Positions 1 through 8,757 of a DNA stretch of 24,838 bases are shown here, piece by piece. The first letter of the stretch is position 1. The number at the start of each line of letters is the position of its first letter. A program made the translations under genes and the position numbers. The notes beneath the pieces are model-generated. The model worked only from the letters and a program-made list of their open reading frames with translations, ran no database searches and was not told the DNA's origin. This DNA is from Candidatus Hydrogenedens sp. (lineage in GTDB: Bacteria > Hydrogenedentota > Hydrogenedentia > Hydrogenedentales > Hydrogenedentaceae). Location of the stretch: assembly GCA_049968235.1 (NCBI GenBank), contig JBMFRC010000031.1, positions 1-24,838 of the forward strand, given 5' to 3'.

Positions 1-73
1 TGTAACCCATCATAATTTGTTGCTCCGATAAAGTTCTCTAAATGTCTTTTGGCAGACAGGTTCATTTTTATCC
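1..73 (-). CDS. Hypothetical protein, N-terminal fragment only (start codon near 73, gene runs off the 5' edge of the window)
   Basis: Minus-strand ATG at 71-73 preceded by AAGGGGA SD (rc of 78-84); reads MNLSAKRHLENFIGATNYDGL... with no stop before window edge. Too short to assign function. Confidence 0.3.
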
Positions 74-528
74 CCTTATATAATTGAGACATCTGAATAA
101 GTCATCCGAGTTAGGTAGTATATAAGGGATATTATATACGAGAAGTGGTAAGGGAAAAAATGAACCGAGAAGAGAAGCCATTGAGAGTTGAATAACAAAG
201 CAAGAAAAAACTAAAAATGAGGAAAGGTCAACGCAGTGTGTAAAAAAGATAAAGCAAATACTTTTTATAGATTATGAAATGTCCCATCAGAAACCGACCT
301 GTTGTAGGTGTTTTTTGAGACAGATGCAAGAGATAATACCATGGAAGGAATTTGAGCAGAGGTGCATAAAAAAAGGAGTATATAAGCGAACCGGGGAGAA
401 CGGAAACTTCCGTCCTTCCTATTTTGTGCATTGTTGAACAGTGCGTAATGATTTCTCTCATCGTGATTTTATCTCATAAAAACATATATAATTTATCCTC
501 TAACCCCTTGCACTAATTGTTCAGAGAT

Positions 529-1233
529 TTATATAGGTAATAAATCAAGAGGTGGTATTCTTCCCCAGACTTTTTCTATCGTGAAACCTTCTGCATAGAG
601 GGTCCCTGCCTGTAATCCCCGAAATTTGGCTGTGGTCTCTATCATGATAAATGGGTCTGTGATATGATGCCCTTTTAGCCATTTGTATTGGCTTTCATGG
701 CTTGCCAGCATTGCTTTTTTTGTCTCGAAGTATTCTGTTATATCAACATAAAATTCGGGTTGAGATTTAAGACCCAACAGTGTATCCATATAGTAAATGG
801 GTGTAATTTTTTCATGAGCGGGATATTCTGTTTTATAGTTTGGCAATGTTGCAGAAAAAGCAGAATCGAATACTAACTGCTGTGTGATGATATGGTCCGT
901 CATATAATCCTGTGGACTGTGAGTGATAATCAGGTCAGGACGGGCTTGTCGGACAATATCGGTTACTTTTGCTCGCATTTCTTGGGTGAACAGAACTCCT
1001 AAGTCATCGCAAACAGGACCCAAAACTTCAGCACCGATAATTTCCCCTGCTTTTTTCGCTTCATTATTACGGATTTCGGCTAATTGTTCCATTGGAATAT
1101 CTTTTCCGCCCATGTTCCCATTGCAAAGATGAGCCATAAAGACTTTGTGTCCCTTCTTTGCATATTTTGCTAATGTTCCTCCGCAGAGGATTTCCAAGTC
1201 GTCAGGATGAGCACCTATTGCTAAAATATTCAT
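529..1233 (-). CDS. PIG-L/LmbE family N-acetylglucosaminyl deacetylase (BshB/MshB-like)
   Basis: 234 aa ORF; N-terminal ILAIGAHPDDLEI motif characteristic of PIG-L (LmbE) zinc deacetylases; AGGGGA SD 8 nt upstream of ATG; 17-bp gap to upstream gene suggests operon. Confidence 0.8.
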   Translation of the reverse strand: MNILAIGAHPDDLEILCGGTLAKYAKKGHKVFMAHLCNGNMGGKDIPMEQLAEIRNNEAKKAGEIIGAEVLGPVCDDLGVLFTQEMRAKVTDIVRQARPDLIITHSPQDYMTDHIITQQLVFDSAFSATLPNYKTEYPAHEKITPIYYMDTLLGLKSQPEFYVDITEYFETKKAMLASHESQYKWLKGHHITDPFIMIETTAKFRGLQAGTLYAEGFTIEKVWGRIPPLDLLPI

Positions 1234-1250
1234 TTTATATGTCCCCTATT

Positions 1251-2201
1251 CTAATTACATTCGGGATTAAGGGGTCCTGCCAGTTCTTTTAAGAAGAACA
1301 AATTGCCGGGGAGGGTAGGCATGAAACTGCTTGGAACCCATATATCGGGTCCATACCGAAGCGTAACCCAGAGACTCATACCCTGCCACATCATACCTCT
1401 GCCCAATGTTCCATCGGCTCCACCAATGATTTTGTCCGCTTTCAGGAAGATACCGGGACCGATTGTATTTGCGAAACAAGGCACTAATGTAGTTCTGCTT
1501 TTAAAACTGGTGATTGCATTTTGTTCAATAGTTAATGGATGTAATTTTGCCCCGAGCCGATAATCTTGTTTTTTCCATTCTTCTACGGATTTAAATTCCT
1601 CAGCAAAATGAGGTTCCCAAAAAGCAATATGAAACACTCTACCAATACCAAAAACGAGAATAAGTTTCGCACCGTTAGATTTCAACTCACCAATTTTCGT
1701 CGGATACGCAGGTAACAGTTTTTTCGTAGCGAAAAAGCGTTGCTTCTCCGGTACCGTTAATTTTCCCAGAGGTCCATAAAACGCATCTTCCATTGCATTC
1801 TGGAAAGCACCTGCGGATTTCGGCGGTAGAGTATTTCCGTTCTTATCACTCCATTCGTCCATATTAAATCCCCATACATGTTTACAATCCACTCCCCATT
1901 CTTGAAGAAAATATACTACCCATTTATACATTCCCATAGGACCAACAGGGAGAATTAGAATAACCTGTCTTCCTTCTTCCTTGCCGGCACATATTTCGTA
2001 GGCAATCCTATGACCAATTTTTACATTAAATTCTTCCAATGTTTCACACATCACAGGTTCGAAATTTTTGTGCCACCATCTCTGCCGTTCTAATACTTTT
2101 GTCGGTGGGTTCGCACAGCATCTCTCGATTTTTTTCAAATCCCATCCTCTGGGAAAGAATTGTTCAAGTAATGAACCTTTCAACGTATCCAATAAATTCA
2201 T
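1251..2201 (-). CDS. Glucosamine-6-phosphate deaminase/6-phosphogluconolactonase family protein (NagB-like, long form with about 40 aa N-terminal extension)
   Basis: 316 aa; [12 protein letters not shown]...[10 protein letters not shown] aligns with NagB PTGGTP...HVVTFNMDEY; [17 protein letters not shown] aligns with NagB GVGNDGHIAFNEP (His and Glu conserved, the Asp two residues before His is Val here). AAAGGAAAAG SD before ATG. Confidence 0.75.
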   Translation of the reverse strand: MNLLDTLKGSLLEQFFPRGWDLKKIERCCANPPTKVLERQRWWHKNFEPVMCETLEEFNVKIGHRIAYEICAGKEEGRQVILILPVGPMGMYKWVVYFLQEWGVDCKHVWGFNMDEWSDKNGNTLPPKSAGAFQNAMEDAFYGPLGKLTVPEKQRFFATKKLLPAYPTKIGELKSNGAKLILVFGIGRVFHIAFWEPHFAEEFKSVEEWKKQDYRLGAKLHPLTIEQNAITSFKSRTTLVPCFANTIGPGIFLKADKIIGGADGTLGRGMMWQGMSLWVTLRYGPDIWVPSSFMPTLPGNLFFLKELAGPLNPECN

Positions 2202-2413
2202 ATTCTTTTCCTTTCAAAAAACGTTAGGGTCTGCCAGACATAATACTTTTTATAAAGTATAATCCCATTCAATATTACTTTCAAACTTTTTGTAAAGGGG
2301 CAAGCAGGTCAGACATTATATGAAATATCCAACAACTATTCCCACAATTTCGCAATAATATATTATTTGAATATATATCCCTCGAAACGGAATCCTTTTT
2401 AATCTATTCGCTA

Positions 2414-4450
2414 TTATTTTGGGATAGGGACTTCTTCGGGTGTGTCAAAGATAACTTCCTGCTGAGTGGGTTTTCGTAGAGTAGGCAACTCGCATTTTTC
2501 ACTGTCGCAATATAGGTCTTGTTGTTCTAATGTGTTAATTTGTTCAAATTGAATAGGTTTTAACCGGGATACCGCTTTTTCATAAATTTCTTTTGTAATC
2601 TCCTGGTAGGGAGCCTGAGGATAATTATGTTCTTCCAGAGGTAAAAAACTAATAGATTTTAATCGTGTTTCGTATAATTCGAGGATATAAGGGATATCTT
2701 TTGCCTCTTCCGGTTTGAATGTAATGGTTGCACTTACCTGATTGTCTGCCCAGTAATATTGCATTTGAGCAACATTTTCCACCTGTTCCCAGATAGAAAC
2801 ATCCCTCTTAGAACGCGAGAAATTCGGTTGATGAACAGGGAAGTAAACAACGAATGTATTATCTCCGTAAACGGATTCTTCGATACGGTAGCCTGCTTTG
2901 CGAATAGGCTCTATTAAGGGACTAGTCTTATCTACTCGTATGGTACGGTAGTAATATTCCGCATGAGGATAATGCACCCCGGGAGTAACTCCCGGAAGGA
3001 GGGATACTGTTCCACTGGGCTTGATACTGGTCTTCTTAATACTTTCCGGTATACATAACCAGCGTGAATATATTTTGTCTAATTCACAAATATATTTATA
3101 GCCTTCATCGCACCAATGAAAATGTTCTCGTTTCCCAATTCGTTCAAAATTTTCAACAATTCCTGATTGCGAAAGCCCGATACGTCGGTTGCGAAGCATG
3201 ATAGCATTTGTTCGTTCGTTATGTGTTGGGATAAGTGTTACGGTCTTCGCATACAGATAAGCGTATTTTAATGTTTTACGATATTCCTCAAAAGAAGCAT
3301 GTCTCGAAGGGAACGTTTCCACCAGATTACAAATCTCAAAAGATTCCAGACTTTGCTCTGCACAGGGATTTGTACCAGCAACATTTGCATCGAGCCAGTT
3401 GGGCCCATCTTTTAACCGCCCATAGGCGCGAGCATTTTCAAGCCAGAAATAGCCAGGTTCTCCATTAATAGAAGTCTGTTTCCCTGTTTTATGGTAACTC
3501 ATTCCTTCCCGGGCTATAATACTATTATTCGAAGCCCAACGCCATGCCATCAATCGGTCTTCGTGGAGTCGTGGGTCTTTTAATTTAAGATATTCATCAT
3601 CATCCGGAAAACCTAAAACTAATTCCGCCGTTCTACGAACACCCCCTGAAACTACACATTTTCCAATGATATTCATCAAATCCGTTATTTCTGTTGATGT
3701 GATGGGGTTCCCTATACGAGGCTGGAGGACAATGTCAATATTTTTTACACATTCTATTAAAGGACCTGGACCGGGTGCTATCCCTCCAAAGGTTCGTATA
3801 GGTGAACCCATTGGACGGATTCGTGAATAATCTATTTGTGCAGGTCGTAATCCTCTACCTGCATAGGAATTTAAAATTACACGAATCAAATCAACCCAGC
3901 CTTCTTTGGAATCTTCAACAACATGAGTATATTCACCAATTTTAGGTTGATGAATAACGATCTTATTTGCCCCTTTCGTGTCAAAAGCAACACCCACACC
4001 TAACATGGACATATCCATCAAGAAGCAAAACGGTTCCGCAAAGTCCATGTCAATATCTTCCGTAGAAACAAAGGCACAATTATTTAATGCAGCAGACCCA
4101 CGGATATAAATATAATCGGTTCCCATCATCCAGAGTCCCCGTCCCGGGGGAAGAAACTTAAATTCCCACATTAAACGGAACATTTCCTGAGCAGAGCGTT
4201 GGGCTTTATCTTTTTTCCATGGGAGTTTTAGATTTATACAATGATTCCACTGAATTGTATAACAGCCTTCTACTACTCTACGGATTGTCTCCCAGAATTC
4301 TTCAGTTCGTCCACCACTATCGGGTACTATACGTGCATAGGTTCGCTTATATGTAATATAGCCAAGCGGACCCCAATCCGGTTGTTTATCTTTGTATTGA
4401 TTTATAAATTCCTCATCCAGTTTAAACCTTTCACGAATTGGAAACAGCAT
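2414..4450 (-). CDS. rtpR: Adenosylcobalamin-dependent ribonucleoside-triphosphate reductase (class II RNR, monomeric RTPR type)
   Basis: 678 aa; N-terminus DWGPLGYITYKRTYAR...ETIRRVVEG resembles the Lactobacillus leichmannii RTPR N-terminus as I recall it (WGKLGWVTYKRTYAR...ETVKRVVEG); NPCAEQSL...ICNLVE matches the class I/II RNR thiyl-radical motif NPCGE...CNL. Strong AAGGAAGGA SD; 64-bp gap after thyX suggests thyX-rtpR operon. Confidence 0.8.
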   Translation of the reverse strand: MLFPIRERFKLDEEFINQYKDKQPDWGPLGYITYKRTYARIVPDSGGRTEEFWETIRRVVEGCYTIQWNHCINLKLPWKKDKAQRSAQEMFRLMWEFKFLPPGRGLWMMGTDYIYIRGSAALNNCAFVSTEDIDMDFAEPFCFLMDMSMLGVGVAFDTKGANKIVIHQPKIGEYTHVVEDSKEGWVDLIRVILNSYAGRGLRPAQIDYSRIRPMGSPIRTFGGIAPGPGPLIECVKNIDIVLQPRIGNPITSTEITDLMNIIGKCVVSGGVRRTAELVLGFPDDDEYLKLKDPRLHEDRLMAWRWASNNSIIAREGMSYHKTGKQTSINGEPGYFWLENARAYGRLKDGPNWLDANVAGTNPCAEQSLESFEICNLVETFPSRHASFEEYRKTLKYAYLYAKTVTLIPTHNERTNAIMLRNRRIGLSQSGIVENFERIGKREHFHWCDEGYKYICELDKIYSRWLCIPESIKKTSIKPSGTVSLLPGVTPGVHYPHAEYYYRTIRVDKTSPLIEPIRKAGYRIEESVYGDNTFVVYFPVHQPNFSRSKRDVSIWEQVENVAQMQYYWADNQVSATITFKPEEAKDIPYILELYETRLKSISFLPLEEHNYPQAPYQEITKEIYEKAVSRLKPIQFEQINTLEQQDLYCDSEKCELPTLRKPTQQEVIFDTPEEVPIPK

Positions 4451-4514
4451 ATTTTTTCCTTCCTTTAATTATTTATTTATGTTTTATTTTTTTTTTCAAC
4501 TTTATAAAAAAGGA

Positions 4515-5294
4515 TTAGACCTTCTTGTGTTTCGTCTTTACCCATGGAATTCCATTCACCATCTCCGTTTCATAATCCGCAAAAACATTAGGAAAATGTT
4601 TCTGGACTATGGAGAAAACATTACTAAACAGAAGTCTAATTTCCTCTTCTGCGGAAGGGTCTGTTCTCTGTTCAATAACATGGCGTAAAGTCCTTAAATT
4701 ACAGGACCAACCAATCGTTGTAGCAACTCCCATAGGAGCGATACGTCGAAGCCCAGAGGTTATTTGTTTCTTAATTTCAAAGGGATACTTGTCCAACTCG
4801 AAAAGTTCAGAAAGTTCTTTCTGCAATCGCTCCATTTCTTCCACCGTACGGACAAAAATTTCCATTCCTTTTTCATTTTCACGAATATGGGTCGGAACAT
4901 ACATCGAAAGTGTTTCCAACCGAACAAAACGAAGGGATTCCTGAGATATGGCAGTTCCAGCCCGATGCCGAACCAATTCATGTGTGATAACACGGCTTAC
5001 ATCTGCAAAGATAAAGTTTAAATACGCATGCTCCAATACACTACCATGACCTACCTCAATAATATGTTCAATATAAGTGCGATTTCCCTGACGAACTTTC
5101 GTAACATTCGGATTTAGTCCCGGCTCGAAAGAACGATAACATAATCTTCCCATTACCTCAATTATTTTTTCACTGTCACTTGGTGCGTCTGTTTCCCAGT
5201 TAGGAACACCAAGATAATCAAGATATGCCTGCAGTCCCTCATTATTTATTTTTGTTTCGCCTACAAGAAAAACTTTTGGTTCAACAGACTTCAT
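4515..5294 (-). CDS. thyX: FAD-dependent thymidylate synthase ThyX
   Basis: 259 aa; ThyX signature RHRAGTAISQES (RHR-X7-S motif); size typical of ThyX; AAGGG SD upstream. Confidence 0.9.
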   Translation of the reverse strand: MKSVEPKVFLVGETKINNEGLQAYLDYLGVPNWETDAPSDSEKIIEVMGRLCYRSFEPGLNPNVTKVRQGNRTYIEHIIEVGHGSVLEHAYLNFIFADVSRVITHELVRHRAGTAISQESLRFVRLETLSMYVPTHIRENEKGMEIFVRTVEEMERLQKELSELFELDKYPFEIKKQITSGLRRIAPMGVATTIGWSCNLRTLRHVIEQRTDPSAEEEIRLLFSNVFSIVQKHFPNVFADYETEMVNGIPWVKTKHKKV

Positions 5295-5580
5295 TTATAT
5301 ACCCTTTTTAAGTTTTGTGAACACACCCAAAATTAGTGATGTCGATTAAATTTTAAGATTTAATTATAGAAAAAATGATGATGATTATCAAGTAAAATTT
5401 CAAATTTATTTTAATTTGTTATTAGCATAATTATTATTAACTGATTTTTAATAATACAATAAACTACAAAAAATATTTATATACCTTTTGTAGAATACTT
5501 TATTTAGTATACAAATTTTTCAACATACCACATATAGCTATCGCCTGATTTTGTCCGAAATCTTATATATTCCCATTAAG

Positions 5581-5594
5581 AAAAAAAAAAAAAA
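5581..5594. repeat. Homopolymeric A14 tract in intergenic region
   Basis: Fourteen consecutive A at 5581-5594 between thyX and the acylase gene. Confidence 0.9.
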
Positions 5595-5742
5595 TAAAAT
5601 GATATTTTTGTTTATATCTAAAAAAGACAGTTTCCCGCCATTTCTGTATCCATCTGTTTATTTTAAGAAAAAAAATTTTGGTTTCATAAAAGAAAATCGA
5701 TTTGTTATCAAGTTATTGTTGACATACTATATGTAGTATTGT

Positions 5743-5772
5743 TAAAGTATATTTTATATAAAATATACTTTA
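5743..5772. repeat. 30-bp perfect palindrome TAAAGTATATTTTATATAAAATATACTTTA (candidate operator)
   Basis: Read directly: 15-bp arms with no spacer; lies just downstream of a TTGACA hexamer (5719-5724) in the divergent spacer. Confidence 0.75.
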
Positions 5773-6037
5773 TATATCCGCCATATTCCTGTATAAGAAA
5801 AAAGTGTGTCCATTTTAGTTTTATACAAAATAAACACGAGTCATTATGATTTTATTAACAAAAGGTTATTTATTGTTTGAAAGAAAGCGAAAATTTATTT
5901 TTGTTTATATTTTTTACTTCTTTTTTAATCATCTTAAATATGTTTGAATAATCACAACAACGGGTATGAAAGAGAAGAATTTGAAATTGCTTTGTAAATA
6001 GTATTATGTTTTATAAAATTTTACAAAAATTAGATGA

Positions 6038-8584
6038 ATGGAGAGTTTAACATTGAAGAGAGTATTTAAGGTTTTAGTCATTACTTTATTTATTTTTTTA
6101 TTGATTCTTAGTTTATTGCTTGGTTGTTTTTTAATTTTTTATTTTTACCCATCAGTAAAATATGCTAGGGAATATGCACCAAAGTTGTCAGGGACTGTAA
6201 ATGTTCCACATTTGCAATCAGAATTGATAATACGCCGTGATGATAACGGGGTTCCTCACATCTTTGCTCAGAACGAGGAGGATGCATGGTTTGCCTTAGG
6301 TTATGTGATGGCACAGGACCGACTTTTTCATATGGATTTTTATCGGCGATTATCTCAGGGGAGAATTTCGGAATTATTAGGACCGATAGCGGTTAAATAT
6401 GACAGGATATTAAGAACATTTCGATTGACGAAATATGGAGAAGAAGTTCTGGAAAAATATGCAGATATTTACAAACCGATACAAAAATCTTTGGATGCTT
6501 TTTTGAAGGGAATTAATACATTTATAGAGACAGAACCATTACCCCCGGAGTTTCGGATATTAGGGTATAAACCGGAGCAGTTTACAAAAGTTGATTGCCT
6601 GACTACAGCAATGATTATGCCTATTACCTTTGCGGATGGGTTAAGGCATGATTTGATGAATCTCGTATTAAAGATAAAATATCCTGATGAAGATTTTTCT
6701 ATTCTTTCTTGTGGCTATCATCGGGAACGCCCCGTTACGATTATGGAAACCATTGAGGAAGCAGAAGAATATCTAAAATCTCAAGGTCGCGACCTTTCCA
6801 ATTGGGGTTTACCAACAGCCTGTTTGCAACCCAATAAAAATCATCAGACAGCTGCCTGTTTGGAGAATTTTATGGCAACATGGCAGGATGTCGTTGAGTT
6901 TATGGGTATTCATTTAGGGAGTAATTCATGGGTTTTAGGAGGTTCCAGAACGCAATCGGGCAAACCTATTTTTGCAAATGACCCGCATATCGGGTTTTTA
7001 CAACCCTCAGTATGGTATCAGGCACATCTTGTCTATAAAGATTATGACCTCTATGGGTTTTATTTCCCTCTTATACCTGTGCCGTTGTTAGGACAGAACA
7101 CGGATTTTGCATGGGGATTGACCATGTTTGCGAATGATGACCATGATTTATATCAGGAAATATTTAAGCCGGACGACCCTACCCGGGTAAAGTATCGAGG
7201 GGATTGGGTTCCTGTTATAGAGGAAGAAGAAACTATAAAGGTGCGTTTTAGCAAATCCGTTACATTTAAGAGAAGAGTAACACCTCATGGGGTTGTTATA
7301 ACGGATATTTACAGAACATTGTTGAATTATGTCGGACCCGAACTATCTTTGTATTGGGTATGGCAACATGTTCCTTACACAAACCTGATGGCTTTCTATA
7401 AGATGTCTCATGCAAAGGATATTAATTCATTTCAAGAAGGGGTTTCTCTGGTTACATCACCGGGTGTAAATGTTTCATATACAGATAAATTAGGTAATTT
7501 TGCATGGTGGGTTGGGGCTAAAATTCCTGTGCGTCCGGACCATGTAAATCCAAAGTATGTTTTAGATGGAGCCAGTGGAAAAGATGAGGTCTTAGGTTTT
7601 GTTCCATTTGAACTAAATCCGCATTTAATTAATCCACCCAGTGGATACATTGTTACAGCAAATAATTTGTCCACCGTAAAACCTGTGGGCGATGTTAAAG
7701 AATTACAGGGATATTGGGAACCCTCAGACCGCGCTTATCGCATGGAAGAACTTTTGGAAAAACGCTCCGATTGGACTATTGAAGAATTAAGAAAAGTTCA
7801 ATTAGACCACTTTTCTGTCCCGGGTCCCGATATTGTCAAAGCAACAACGGAATTATTAATACCTGAAAAAGGGACCTTATCTCCTCTTGAGCAGAAAGCA
7901 CTCGAACAATTAAGTTCATGGGATTATCAGTTCTCAGTGGATAGTATTGGTGCTTCTATTTTCACAGTATTTTGTGATGCTATTTCCCGTAATTTGCTTT
8001 TAGATGAATTGGGGATGGACATGTTTCGTGCATATTCTACTGTGGCAGACCGCTGGTGTTTCTTCAAATATGTTATTCATGATGATACTTGTTTCTTATG
8101 GGATGACCGTTCCACGCCGGAGAAGGAGACACGAAAAGATATAATCCTCCGTTCCTTTAAGGAAGCCGTAAAGGTATTAACGAAAAAAGTGGGTAAAGAT
8201 ATCGCGGGATGGAAATGGGGCAATATTCATGTTTTAGAATTTCATCATCCTCTGGGATATGTTCCATTTTTAAGAAAATTATTTAATGTAGGACCCTTCC
8301 CCTGTCCGGGCTCTTATCATGTTATAAATAACATGCCATATGTATCGGGCACTTATAAATATAATGTGGTAGCAGGACCTTCCACACGGAGATTAATTGA
8401 TTTTGCTCAACCTGCCCGTATGCTGGAAATATTGCCCACAGGTAACTCGGGGATACCCAGTAGTAAATGGTATCATGACCAGGCAGAAAAATTTGTGCGG
8501 GGAGATTATCGCGAAGCACGTGTAACGATAGAGCAAATAGATAATCATACCGTCGAAAAACTCATATTGAAACCTAAAAAATAA
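6038..8584 (+). CDS. Penicillin amidase (penicillin/cephalosporin/AHL acylase) family Ntn-hydrolase, S45 peptidase, with N-terminal membrane anchor/signal
   Basis: 848 aa; RRDDNGVPHIFAQNEEDAWFALGYVMAQDRLFHMDFYRR is the classic penicillin acylase alpha-subunit block; GSNSWVLGGSRT contains the SN-x-W N-terminal nucleophile Ser of the beta subunit; hydrophobic N-terminus. Alternative TTG start at 6053 has a better SD (GGAGAG 7 nt upstream). Confidence 0.85.
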   Translation: MESLTLKRVFKVLVITLFIFLLILSLLLGCFLIFYFYPSVKYAREYAPKLSGTVNVPHLQSELIIRRDDNGVPHIFAQNEEDAWFALGYVMAQDRLFHMDFYRRLSQGRISELLGPIAVKYDRILRTFRLTKYGEEVLEKYADIYKPIQKSLDAFLKGINTFIETEPLPPEFRILGYKPEQFTKVDCLTTAMIMPITFADGLRHDLMNLVLKIKYPDEDFSILSCGYHRERPVTIMETIEEAEEYLKSQGRDLSNWGLPTACLQPNKNHQTAACLENFMATWQDVVEFMGIHLGSNSWVLGGSRTQSGKPIFANDPHIGFLQPSVWYQAHLVYKDYDLYGFYFPLIPVPLLGQNTDFAWGLTMFANDDHDLYQEIFKPDDPTRVKYRGDWVPVIEEEETIKVRFSKSVTFKRRVTPHGVVITDIYRTLLNYVGPELSLYWVWQHVPYTNLMAFYKMSHAKDINSFQEGVSLVTSPGVNVSYTDKLGNFAWWVGAKIPVRPDHVNPKYVLDGASGKDEVLGFVPFELNPHLINPPSGYIVTANNLSTVKPVGDVKELQGYWEPSDRAYRMEELLEKRSDWTIEELRKVQLDHFSVPGPDIVKATTELLIPEKGTLSPLEQKALEQLSSWDYQFSVDSIGASIFTVFCDAISRNLLLDELGMDMFRAYSTVADRWCFFKYVIHDDTCFLWDDRSTPEKETRKDIILRSFKEAVKVLTKKVGKDIAGWKWGNIHVLEFHHPLGYVPFLRKLFNVGPFPCPGSYHVINNMPYVSGTYKYNVVAGPSTRRLIDFAQPARMLEILPTGNSGIPSSKWYHDQAEKFVRGDYREARVTIEQIDNHTVEKLILKPKK

Positions 8585-8757
8585 TTTTCCCTTCTGCTGT
8601 TAAGTGTGGCAGATATTTTTATCAATAGGGCATTGAGAAGAAGTACCGATGCATAGTTCCATTTATCCACCTTATCCGTGTTACAGATACATGCAATAGA
8701 TTACCCTTGACAGTCCTTTCTTATTAACATAGACATCATTAAAAATTCGTTCTGTGT

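Noticed and set aside
228-461. 77-aa minus-strand ORF in the 74-528 spacer (MREIITHCSTMHKIGRTEV...)
   Set aside because: Low-complexity Y/L/F-rich translation of AT-rich DNA, weak SD, no recognisable motif; likely spurious, though an sRNA or small protein here cannot be excluded.
2055-2070. GGTTCGAAA, resembling a tRNA T-loop
   Set aside because: Lies inside the NagB-like coding region with no acceptor/anticodon arm context; not a tRNA.
5551-5736. 61-aa plus-strand ORF (MSEILYIPIKKKKKNKM...)
   Set aside because: Begins at TTG and translates the A14 homopolymer as poly-Lys; sits in promoter region; no SD; artefact.
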